The notes below the pieces were generated by a model, which ran no database searches, was not told the DNA's origin, and worked only from the letters and a program-made list of their open reading frames with translations. Source: Myxococcota bacterium (GTDB taxonomy: Bacteria > Myxococcota_A > Bradymonadia > UBA7976 > UBA1532). From it: DNA of 32,873 nt. Below, piece by piece: positions 1-10,100 of this stretch. Where the stretch lies: NCBI GenBank assembly GCA_036337435.1, contig JAYZEG010000080.1, positions 1 to 32,873 of the forward strand, written 5' to 3'. How positions within the stretch are numbered: the first letter of the stretch is position 1; every line of letters begins with the position of its first letter. The position numbers were made by a program, and so were the translations under genes.

Positions 1-726
1 TTCGCAGCCTTGTTTGCTGCAGCTGAGACTGCTGTTGACCGGATTAGAGAAGAGCGACACGAAACAGATGGACTGCCAGAGAGACAGGTGCCCGATGAAT
101 CCAGTACAGGCGTTGAGAACCCGGCATCGTCTTCACGTCCACCAAGGCCAATCGCGAAGCTTGCTAAAGAGACCTCAGACCGCAGCGCAAACGCGGCTGT
201 CACGGCATCGTTGATCAAAGCTCGGAACGAATTGGGTGAACTTTTAGCGCATGAAAAGAAGGAACATGCGGCGTTACAATCGGAACACATGCGAATGAAA
301 GCCCGATTGAGCCGGTTCAAAGAGCAGAAGGAATCGATGCAGCAGAAAACGGAGCGCAGCATCGAGACCGCTGTTCAAAGAGATCGGGAGAAGTTAATCA
401 AGTCTATTTTGCCGGTTCTTGATAATTTGGAGCGTGCCATTTCCTTCGATGGACTGACTCAAGACTCGAGTACACAACCGCAACTGACTGGCTTTCTAGA
501 TGGACTTGACAATGTTGTCTCCCTCTTCAGAACGACGCTCAAAAAACTTGGCGTCGAGGGGTATTCTGCTTTAGGTCAGGAATTCGATCCGGCCTTGCAC
601 GAAGCCGTACGCCGAGTTGTTGACGACAGCGTAGACGCAAATATTGTGGTGGAAGAGTACCACCGGGGTTATCTCATCAATGGCCGCTTGCTTCGACCGG
701 CATTGGTCGTGGTTGCCATTAAGTAA
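1..726 (+). CDS. grpE: Nucleotide exchange factor GrpE with long N-terminal low-complexity/coiled-coil extension (probably 5'-truncated by the window edge)
   Basis: GrpE motifs LPVLDNLERA, GQEFDPALHEAV and RGYLINGRLLRPALVVV. The frame is open from base 1, so the true start may lie upstream. Confidence 0.93.
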   Translation, partial: FAALFAAAETAVDRIREERHETDGLPERQVPDESSTGVENPASSSRPPRPIAKLAKETSDRSANAAVTASLIKARNELGELLAHEKKEHAALQSEHMRMKARLSRFKEQKESMQQKTERSIETAVQRDREKLIKSILPVLDNLERAISFDGLTQDSSTQPQLTGFLDGLDNVVSLFRTTLKKLGVEGYSALGQEFDPALHEAVRRVVDDSVDANIVVEEYHRGYLINGRLLRPALVVVAIK

Positions 727-880
727 CCAAATCATAGGCCGGGCCATGGACATGGGCCGATCGGTCACATCTCTATTGAGCCAATGGAGGTTGGCACCGT
801 GTCCTTATCTTGGCTGAAGCTCGATTGAGGCTTTCAATAGCGGACTTGCTCAACAGGGCTAAACGGGCTAGAAGGTCCAT

Positions 881-2095
881 ATGAATGCGATAGAATTACT
901 GCAAGCACGTGGGTTCATTCAGCAGACCACCGATCTGGATGAATTATCGTCTCATTTCGAGTCTGGCACCCGAACTTTTTACGTTGGCTTTGACCCAACC
1001 GGTCCCAGTTTACATGTTGGCCATATGGTGCCCGTGATGGCGATGGCTTGGCTTCAGCGCTTGGGTCATCGGCCGATCGCAGTTCTGGGAGGTGGGACGG
1101 CTCTGATCGGGGATCCGTCCGGGAAAGATCAAACTCGAGAGATGTTAACAGCCGAGGACATCGCCTATAACCGAGACCGATTTCGTGAACAGCTCTCGCG
1201 CTATTTGCGCCTCGAAGACCAGGGCCGCGAGGACCAATCGGGAACAGCCGCGATCCTCATTGACAATGGCGATTGGCTCTTACCACTGAATTATGTCGAG
1301 TTCTTGCGCGACATCGGACGTTATTTTTCAATTAATCGGATGTTGTCTGCCGAAGGGACGCGGCAGAGACTTGAACGAGACCAGGGGATGAGCTTCATCG
1401 AGTTCAATTACCATTTGCTCCAGAGCTACGATTTTCTGGTTCTCCATGACAACTATGACTGCACGGTTCAGTTTGGTGGAGACGACCAATGGTTTAACAT
1501 TTTGGGCGGTGTTCAGCTGATTCGAAAGGGCCGAGCAAAGAAAGCTTATGCGGCGACGGTTCCGCTGATTACGACAGCGGATGGCAAAAAGATGGGGAAG
1601 ACCGAATCGGGTGCAGTTTGGCTCGATGCAGACCAGTTGTCGCCATATGACTATTACCAATATTGGATCAATGTTCAGGATGCTGATGTCGATCGTTTCC
1701 TCAAACTCTATACGTTTCTTGAATTGGATCAGATCGATGAATTAGGTCGTCTACAAGGCGCAGACATTCGGCAGGCAAAAGCTGTGCTCGCCTTCGAAGC
1801 GACTAAACTTGCTCACGGTGAGTCGGAGGCTTTGGCTGCTCAAAATGCGGCGAAAAAGGTGTTTTCTGGGCAAGGAGCACAGAACATGCCGACCTACCAA
1901 ACCCATTTTCCTATTTCTGTTCTCGATGCTTTCGTTGACAGCGGGCTTTCGAAGTCTAAGGGAGAAGTACGGCGGCTCATAAAGATGGGCGGTGCGCGGA
2001 TTGGGTCCACCAAGATCACCAGTCCTGAACAGGAAATAGGCGAAGAGTGCATCATTTGGGCGGGCAAAAAACGGGCTGTTCAACTCGTCAAATAG
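881..2095 (+). CDS. tyrS: Tyrosine--tRNA ligase
   Basis: YVGFDPTGPSLHVGH (HIGH-like), LQSYDF, QFGGDDQW, KMGKT (KMSKS-like) and a C-terminal S4-like domain ending GKKR. Confidence 0.98.
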   Translation: MNAIELLQARGFIQQTTDLDELSSHFESGTRTFYVGFDPTGPSLHVGHMVPVMAMAWLQRLGHRPIAVLGGGTALIGDPSGKDQTREMLTAEDIAYNRDRFREQLSRYLRLEDQGREDQSGTAAILIDNGDWLLPLNYVEFLRDIGRYFSINRMLSAEGTRQRLERDQGMSFIEFNYHLLQSYDFLVLHDNYDCTVQFGGDDQWFNILGGVQLIRKGRAKKAYAATVPLITTADGKKMGKTESGAVWLDADQLSPYDYYQYWINVQDADVDRFLKLYTFLELDQIDELGRLQGADIRQAKAVLAFEATKLAHGESEALAAQNAAKKVFSGQGAQNMPTYQTHFPISVLDAFVDSGLSKSKGEVRRLIKMGGARIGSTKITSPEQEIGEECIIWAGKKRAVQLVK

Positions 2096-2369
2096 ACGTC
2101 GGCCGAATCAATCCCCTGTTTTAATGAATCGACCGAGTTCGCTTCTTTAAGAATGAGAACTCACTCAGGTTTTCGTTAGTCCGGTCGTGCTTTTTGTGGG
2201 CCCAAGCAGCTGCCTATCGATGGCGTTTACGAGTCAATTGTACCCACTCGAGTTGCTTTATTTGCCGACCTATCAGTCGTCTTAGTGGGCCCATTTTAGT
2301 AACCCGTATGCACGGTTGAGTCAGGCGTTGTTCTCGCCCATCGCCGATGTTTTTTTAGGGAGCCCTCCA

Positions 2370-2750
2370 ATGATGACAAAACAACGAATCGAGCCACTTC
2401 TTCGACTTTCCAAAAACTTCCACGCTCATGTGTATTTCGATGACATTCAGTTTGAACAAGCCTTGGCGTGTTATTCGGCTATCCAATCATCTTTTGCTGA
2501 GCTGACGCTGGGTCGAATACACGAAAAATTGGTCGGACCACATTTAAAAAGACAGTTCCAAATTGCCATAGACCGGAAGACTGTGACTGAGTTCGTTATT
2601 TGGCTCGACAAAAACAGAGGGCGATTGTCTGTCCTGGTGCATCCATTAACCTCAAACGATTTGGAAGACCATACACATCATGCGCTCTGGCTTGGGACGC
2701 CAATCCCACTAAACCTCGATGTATTGGAGGCGTCTAATCAATCTGATTAA
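2370..2750 (+). CDS. DOPA 4,5-dioxygenase family protein
   Basis: Family motifs FHAHVYF, VGPH, SVLVHPLT, DHTHHALWLG. ATG at 2370 has AGGGAG upstream and is preferred over the TTG at 2316. Confidence 0.88.
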   Translation: MMTKQRIEPLLRLSKNFHAHVYFDDIQFEQALACYSAIQSSFAELTLGRIHEKLVGPHLKRQFQIAIDRKTVTEFVIWLDKNRGRLSVLVHPLTSNDLEDHTHHALWLGTPIPLNLDVLEASNQSD

Positions 2751-3351
2751 AGTCGGAATAACGTGACAAACGACGGCGCGTCGGATCCAAGAAGTACTGG
2801 GTGTCGAGGCCGCTGATGAGGCCGACTGAAAGCCCAATTAACATGCCTGATGTAAGGGAGGTCACGAAAGTCTTTGAAATGGTGCTTGGGTCTGTCGACC
2901 CCTGAGACAGAAAAAAGCCTGCGACACTGCCGACGAATGCACCTGTCAACAGACCAGCGACAGGTCTTGCTGTACCCGCTATCGCCAGTACCTGAACGTC
3001 GCTGAAATTGATTTCTGTCCGCTGGCCATGGCCCTCCAGCACCAAGGTGTCTGCGTCTTCAGCTAACTCCACGAAGGACCCCTCAGCCGTCTTTTGCCCG
3101 ACTGTGAGCAGCCTGAGGTAAGTGCCCGGCGCGACGATGCTTTCCGTCACCCAGCCAAAACGGCTCGGTCTGCGTGCAGATGGAGAAAATGGCCTCGAAA
3201 AAAAGGCGATTGAACGGGCCTCCGAGGCACTCATCTGGATATACAACTCTTTTTTAACAGGATGCGCTTTGGTTTGGTTCGGTGACGCAGACCCGTCGCC
3301 TATCCAGTTTGGTGCGACGCACAACAGGCCGACTAGCGCGAGCCCCCGCAT
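2734..3351 (-). CDS. Hypothetical exported/membrane protein with C-terminal glycine-zipper-like hydrophobic hairpin
   Basis: Likely start MRGLALVGLLCVA (signal-like). Two Gly-rich hydrophobic segments, GLLTGAFVGSVAG and TSGMLIGLSVGLISG. The ORF track extends the start to 3420. Confidence 0.55.
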   Translation of the reverse strand: MRGLALVGLLCVAPNWIGDGSASPNQTKAHPVKKELYIQMSASEARSIAFFSRPFSPSARRPSRFGWVTESIVAPGTYLRLLTVGQKTAEGSFVELAEDADTLVLEGHGQRTEINFSDVQVLAIAGTARPVAGLLTGAFVGSVAGFFLSQGSTDPSTISKTFVTSLTSGMLIGLSVGLISGLDTQYFLDPTRRRLSRYSDFNQID

Positions 3352-3599
3352 GCTCTCTCTCGATTGGCGAATTCTGACTGGCAGCCCTTCAGACCGGTCG
3401 GACCGGAACGCTTCATACATAAGCGGAACGAGGTGTCCTTACTTTTGCAATCGGCACTTTTTGCGGACCCTCGGACTGAATTCTTATATTTGCTGCCCCG
3501 ATTGGCCGTACAGCCGCCGGCCCATACGGCAATGGCCGACCCGAGGAACATCAGGAGGGCGAGGGGGACGACGGTCTTCTGTTTGGTTCGATGCTTCAT
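3333..3599 (-). CDS. Small basic Cys-rich lipoprotein-like protein
   Basis: GGAG RBS upstream. Basic N-terminus, hydrophobic core and lipobox-like AGG-C30, then CX9C and CX10C pairs. Confidence 0.6.
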   Translation of the reverse strand: MKHRTKQKTVVPLALLMFLGSAIAVWAGGCTANRGSKYKNSVRGSAKSADCKSKDTSFRLCMKRSGPTGLKGCQSEFANRERACGGSR

Positions 3600-3675
3600 T
3601 TAACTCCGAAAAAGTCACGGACGCTTAGTTGAACGGGACCAGATTTCTGAGACAAAAGCTAATTTTTGTCGTTTT

Positions 3676-4101
3676 TTATCGGCTTTCTCCGCCGGACCGC
3701 CCCTTGGACTCGAGAATAACAGTAGCCGTAGCATACTCATCTTCATGGCTTAAACTTACCCAAATGGGTCCGATATTGAGTTGGGCGGCAATTTTGCGAG
3801 CTTGACCATGGAGGCGAATGGATGGGCGACCCCACGCGTCGCTTACAATTTCAATATCGATCAGTGGAATTTGACCAATGAGTGGTGGGGTTCCATATCG
3901 ACTCGCGCCCAACGCCTTGAGAAATGCTTCTTTCGCAGCAAAACGGGTTGCGAGCCGCTCGGCGGTTGGCACTGTCCCATCATTGCAGTAGGTCAGTTCC
4001 TCGCGTGTAAAAGTCCCTTCGATGACGCTCGTACTTGCGTCATCGAGTGCACGACGCCAAAAGTCCGTTTTGGCGAGATCTGTTCCCAAGCCAATGATCA
4101 C
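3676..4101 (-). CDS. acpS: Holo-[acyl-carrier-protein] synthase (AcpS-type 4'-phosphopantetheinyl transferase)
   Basis: IIGLGTDL, FTREEL, LATRFAAKEAFLKALG, GRP and VSLSHE motifs. The GTG start overlaps the FAS stop (GTGA, 4098-4101). Confidence 0.95.
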   Translation of the reverse strand: MIIGLGTDLAKTDFWRRALDDASTSVIEGTFTREELTYCNDGTVPTAERLATRFAAKEAFLKALGASRYGTPPLIGQIPLIDIEIVSDAWGRPSIRLHGQARKIAAQLNIGPIWVSLSHEDEYATATVILESKGRSGGESR

Positions 4102-7100
4102 AATACGATACGACCATTGGGATCGAGAAGCAGTTCGTATTCTTGGTCCGCCGACATAGTTTTATCGAGGCCACCACCAAAGAACTTCTGTTCACCAAGC
4201 ATGACACTGTATTGTGCCTTCAGCTGATAGTTCCAACGCGCATCTCGCCTTTGAGCATATTGCTCAAGCTCCGCTTCGCTCAGGCCCTCCAGCAAGACGT
4301 TGGCGTTTGCAATACAAACAGCAGCCCCCACATGGCCAAAGCCTAAGCTCGTCAGAATACCCGCTTTGAGGGAACCTGGGCCGTAGTTCAACGCTTCGTC
4401 TGAAAACAAGAGCGGTGCGCGGTCGTCTAATCGTCGGTCCGGCTCATCGAGATTATGCATTGGAGGGATAACCCCCTCATTTAACGACTGGCAAAGACCG
4501 ATTAGTTGCCAAGCGGCCGCACCACCCTTCGCATGACCTGTGATGGCTTTTTGTCCGATGACGGGCAATGGGTTACCCGGACTTCTACCTAATGCCTTAG
4601 CGAGGTTCGAGTGCAATTTCGTTTCATTGAGGTCATTGGCATCCGTACTTGTCCCATGCATACTGATGACGCCGATATCGTCGGCGCCCAGCCCAAGCTT
4701 GTCTAGAGCTCGTCCCAGGGGCGAACTCAGACCACCAGCACCGATTGCACTGATACCGGGTCCAGGTGCTGGCACCGATTTTTGAAGGCCGTCGGCTGCT
4801 GACCAGGCACCAGCGACCAACCCATAAATCGGAAGACCGAGCTCGATGGCTGTATCGGCACGACATAAAAGGATTGTTCCCCCGCCTTGAGACTCTACAA
4901 ATCCACCTCGACGGGCATCGCATGGGCGACTGCTCTGATCTGGGTCAAACCCTCGTCGTTCGCGCTCAGCTGCGCTGATGGTTGCTTGCATCTCAGCAAA
5001 CCCGCGCGCACCTTCCTTACTGAAGTCATCGAAGGCACCAGCCACAACGAAATCTGCTTTGTTGGCCATCAGCAGGTCGTTTGCAATTTCCACGGATACC
5101 GCAGCGGTTGCACAGGCGGACACCGGATTAATCATCGGGCCATAGCCCCCATAAATATACATGCCCGGATAGGCAGCACCCACATTGATCAAAGTCTCTT
5201 GCAGGACATCGCTTTGCTTGTTTTGGTCGAGCACCGAATCCGCATACAGCCGCCGCAATGCACGCATCCCACCAATTCCACTGCCCTGTGTGCAGGCGAT
5301 CCGACTCGGATGAATCTCTGCCCATAGTTCCCTCGGGTCGATTCCAGCGGTTCTAAATGCCTCGGCTGTTGCCAGCAAATTGTAGATGGCGACTGGGTCT
5401 ATTTGTTCTAGTTGCTGAGCGTCGAAACCGAGTCGCGTTGGCTCGAACCCCTCTGGGAGCTGACCTGCAATGTCTCGGTCGATTGGGTCAATCCGGGGTA
5501 CACGAACTCGCGCGCCCGCCTTTCGAACGACTTTGAACCCATCATCTGCAACCACGACTCGAGTGTGTGCCGGATCTTGGCGTTTAAAACTCTCGGCGAT
5601 GTCCGCATCCGGGACATGGAAGACCAAGTCCTCACTGAGGAGCACTTCGCTGTATGCTTCGACCATAGTCGGGTCAAAAACCGCGTTCTCACGGATGCCA
5701 ATTGCACTGTTTAACTCATAAGTCTGCACCAGTGAATTGACATCGACAGCGTCTCCAGTCTCGATGTCCAGCCATTCGCCGTTCTCAAATTTAATATGAC
5801 CGCACAACCAAGCCAGCTCGATAGCATCGGACGGCGTCAGGTGTTGGGTCTTCTCAATGGACCAGCGCGCACGCGCGTTTCCAAAGGGACCGATTTCTCC
5901 AAACCCGACGATGGCGATGGTGCCTGCCGGGTCGATAGCCTTACCAGTTGCAGCCTTTGGTAGTGCTGGGAAGTCGAAGAGATTCAGCGGCAATCCTGGC
6001 GAAGCCGCTGGCGCCTCGACCGCGCCGAGCTGGCTCTGGGCACTTTGCAGCGCATCATTGATCAAATCACGTAAGCCTGTTGCTTTCCCGAAACCGCCGG
6101 TTAAGTCAGCAACCACCGGAGCCTCAGCACTGGTTGCTCGGCCGTTTTCGTCACAGTAACCCAAGATGAGGTCAGCCATTTCGGTTGGGCTGAAGGTTTC
6201 GATACCAAGCTCAGTTTCGATGCGTTTGTAGACTCTATCGAGCCCATGCATGAGTCCTGTCCCCCGTACCCAGCCAATGCGAGCACCACATAGGGTTGTA
6301 TACTTGCCCCAGCGATCGAATTCAGCGGCCCATCGACGGAGTAAAGTCTCAAGCCCAATTTTAGATTCAGCATAGAGCCCATCCCGGCCCATTTGGCCGT
6401 GATTAGGTGAGAGGGGCAAAACGACATGGACAGGTTGCACGTCAGCACCGCGCTTACTGATTTCAACAGCGAGCTTACCGATTAAGCGCTCGACGCCGAT
6501 CAGATTCACTTTCAATGTGTCCGCAATGGACTCATCGAGCGTCGTTGGGTCACCCTCGGCGGGGACGGCACCAAATGGAAAGCAGAGCGTTGGTAGCCAC
6601 GGTGTTTTCAGTTGTATTCGAGCGGCACCGCGTGTTTCAAAACTCGACGACAACATCCACTCGCAGAGCCGATCGATATCATCGAAGTCACCCTGATTAA
6701 AGGGAACGATATGCAACTCTGAGCCTCTGGCACCATGTCTTCGATACAGGGTCTTGAATCGTTTCAAGCGGTCACGGGTGGGCCTCGATGTCGTCACGAC
6801 GACGCGGGCTCCACCCTCAAGGAGTCGTTTGATGATGCCCTCGGCGATAGAGTCTGGCCCCGCACCTGTGACCAATGCTGTTTGGTCTGCCCAGGCTAAA
6901 GGTTCAGCCATTCCGTTCATAATGGCGGTTCGCGTTTGTCTCAGCTCTTTTGCAAATTTCGATTGTTTAGACGTCGTTGTCAGAAAGTAATCCAGCATGT
7001 CGATACTGGCCTTGTCACCGGAACGAGACAACCTCTCATTGAGCTGATTACAGGTCTTACCGGCGCGTGCCGTCTGCACCAATGCCAGCGTATCGACCCG

Positions 7101-10100
7101 CTGCCATTGCTCAATGGCTGTATATGCGACATGAGCCGCGGCATCGAAACGGCCCGACTTAGATGCTTGTTTGGCGACGGGGTCTGCGGGCGCCTCCGCG
7201 AGTGCTTTATCAATGATGAGCGGATCAATATTGGCGGAACGGAGTGCCGTTCGTGCAACATCCAGCCAGCTTTGGCGGATTTTCGTTTCCGTCGCTTTGA
7301 GCGCACTGGCGTCGACTGCCACCGTAGGCCCTGCCGCTGAGGTACTGCGTTCAAGTGACACTCCGGACCGTCTTGCGTACGCTTGTGCAGCAGCTTTCAA
7401 TGGGTCTGCATCCGACATGTACTGGCCGGATTCACTCGCAAGGGTACTGAGGACCGCATTCCCGCGACCGGCTTCGAGCCCGTAGCGTTCATTTAATTGA
7501 CTCAAAGCCGCTTTTTTACCCTGTCCGATCGTACCCAGTGCTTGAGTTTGTGCAGCCTTCAAAATGGCGCCCGGATGTCGGTAGCGTGCGCCACCAGCGC
7601 GGGAGATCGCATCGGTTAACTCGACGATGGGCAGCTCATGTGCGCCGTCGACCGGCCCAACACCAAACTCTTTACCCAGGTCGAGTAGTACTTGGTTTCG
7701 TCTCGCTGAATTTCCACCGAGCAAACCATCTATGGTGTCGGTTCTTCCGATTGAATCGATGCCTTGCCCTGCCCGCAGCGCAAGCAGTGCTTTCAGTGCA
7801 TCAGCGATGTCCCATGGTTCGTCATCTATGGGTTCTGTCGATGCGACCGATACCGTGTTTGTGGTCTGAACGTGAGTGACGTCCGCTTGCGTTTCAGGTG
7901 CTCGCGTCTCGACGGCGACCGGATCTTGTTCATCAGCAGGCTCAGGCCCGATGCCCACGACATCAATGAAGTCACGTGTGCCGTGCAAAACCGGCGGGAC
8001 GACATCCCTCGCGCGGGTGCTGCTTCGAAACATATTAGATAAAACAGGTGCGGCCTCTGGGCCAACCTCAATGAGTTGCTCCACTTCGTCCGCGAGGTAC
8101 TCTTGTGTCTCGATCCATCTGACGGGTGATGCAAATTGCCATGCCAGAAGCTCGATGAGCAGTCGACGTGCATGTTTCTCCGGTGCTTGTCGAAATTCAA
8201 TCAGATCCGTAAAGCCCGTTGCGGCGATCATGTCGTCGACAAAATCAGCGGAAAGCTCAAACGGGCGAGCGACAAGGTTGGGGACGTATCGACCCACGAG
8301 ACGGTTGATGTCAACATCTTGGGGGATACATTTTTCGAGAACGTCTCGGAAAGCGGGAACGCCATCCACCAGCAGTGGGCTATGAAAGGGGACATCAATG
8401 CCTGGAATTTGAATCCATGCACTTCCATCAGGTGCGCGTTCGGCGAGTCGTTCGGCCAGGATCTTGATGGCCCCCAAGTGCCCAGCGACCGCATATTGGC
8501 GGTTTAAGACATTGTGGTTGACGACGTATAAAGGCAAGCCCGACTCATCTGCGACAGCATTGACAAGTTCCTGTGCGGTGACACCATCGATACCTGCGCG
8601 ATTGGGTCTAATCACACCCATCGCGTAGTCAGAACGGCCGTTCTCATCGCGCGCGACGTAGCGTTGCATGGTCAAGCCACGATGATAGACCACATCGACT
8701 AATGCGTCTAAGGGCAAAACATCGGTTACAGCCGACAATGCCGAATATTCTCCAACGGAGTGGCCACAGAACCAAGCATCGTCAGGACACGCTCCATTTT
8801 CTCTCAGTTCAGCGACGCCGGCGCATGACAAAACCGTGAGGGCAACCTGGGTAAACTGGGTTACATGAAGCACACCATCTGGATGGCGAATAATGTCACC
8901 GCCGACATCGAGGGTTTTTGGATTATTGCGGACGATCTCCAGTAGCGAGAACCCATAGGTCTCTTGTGTATGCGCATCCGCTCGATCCCAAATTGCTTTC
9001 GCGTCTCTAGAGCGGGCGTAAGTGTCCATGCCCATGGCACGTCGTTGACTCCCTTGGCCCGGAAAAATGAGGGCGGTTTTTCGTCTTGCAACTTGGGCTT
9101 TGAGTCGAACTGCGAGAACTCCATCGCTAAACACCTGCATATCGATGAGGTCATCACCGTTCTTACGTCCGACCAGTTCAGCTTCGAACCTGAGCGACGC
9201 GCCCGGTCTCACTGGCGCGATGAACTGAGCGTAAGAATGATTGAGTTTCCGGTCCGACCCACAGAGCAGTGCGCATGCCGTGGCGGCTGTCCACTGGCCA
9301 TGAACAATGGGCTCAGGGAGGCCGGCCAAAACGGCCAGAGCCGGATCGCGATGTATCGGATTCAAATCACCCGAGATATGAGCGAATGCTCGCAGGTCAG
9401 ACGGTGCCTGAATCTCCGTCGTAGACACATGACGGTTCCTGAGCAGCACAATCCCTTCAGGGCCCTGGCTCTCTGCTGTCTCTGAACTTTGGAAAACAGT
9501 TGGAATGGTCCCGTCAGCCCGTCTGATCAAGAAGACTTGATTGAGACGAGCAACAAGGGTGTCCGATGCCGATATGTCGACGGCAATCTCGACGCGTCGG
9601 CCGGCCGCCTCATCTCTCACCCTCGGCGTATGTGTAATCACGTCATAGGGCCCATCCGCTGCACTGATTTGTTTAATCTCACTGCTTAGGTGGAGTAGCG
9701 ATAAGGGATCGAGTCCGAGCTCTGGATTCAGGAGAACCTGCATAATGCCAGGAAGAGCTGTTGCGAAGAAAATCTGTTCTGGTGTCGCGGGCCCTTCGTC
9801 ATTTGTGACCCGGCGATAGGCGGCAATTCTGTCTGCATCAATGGCCACTTCATCGGGCATGACCTTGCTATAAAAGTCTCGGACGCGCGCGGCCACATCA
9901 TCAGATGCCCGCAGCGGATAAGGATGGAAGGGCTTGACGTCGAAATCTAACGTCAATGTCTCCGAGCCCCCGAGCGGGCGTTGATGCTTGATGCTGAGTT
10001 GAATGCTCTTGCCTTGAACTGACAATGACACCTGGTCTCTCGCCACCTCAAGCAAACGCGGAATTGGATTAGGCCGTTCTTCCCGCCCATACAAACAAAC

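Noticed and set aside
727..880. T-box riboswitch or intrinsic terminator upstream of tyrS
   Set aside because: The region is only ~150 bp with no T-box consensus, and the imperfect GC hairpin near 737-760 lacks a U-tract.
881..2750. Functional link between tyrS and the DOPA dioxygenase (tyrosine/betalain-type pathway)
   Set aside because: The genes are 274 bp apart and no tyrosinase or other pathway gene is in the window. The adjacency is probably coincidental.
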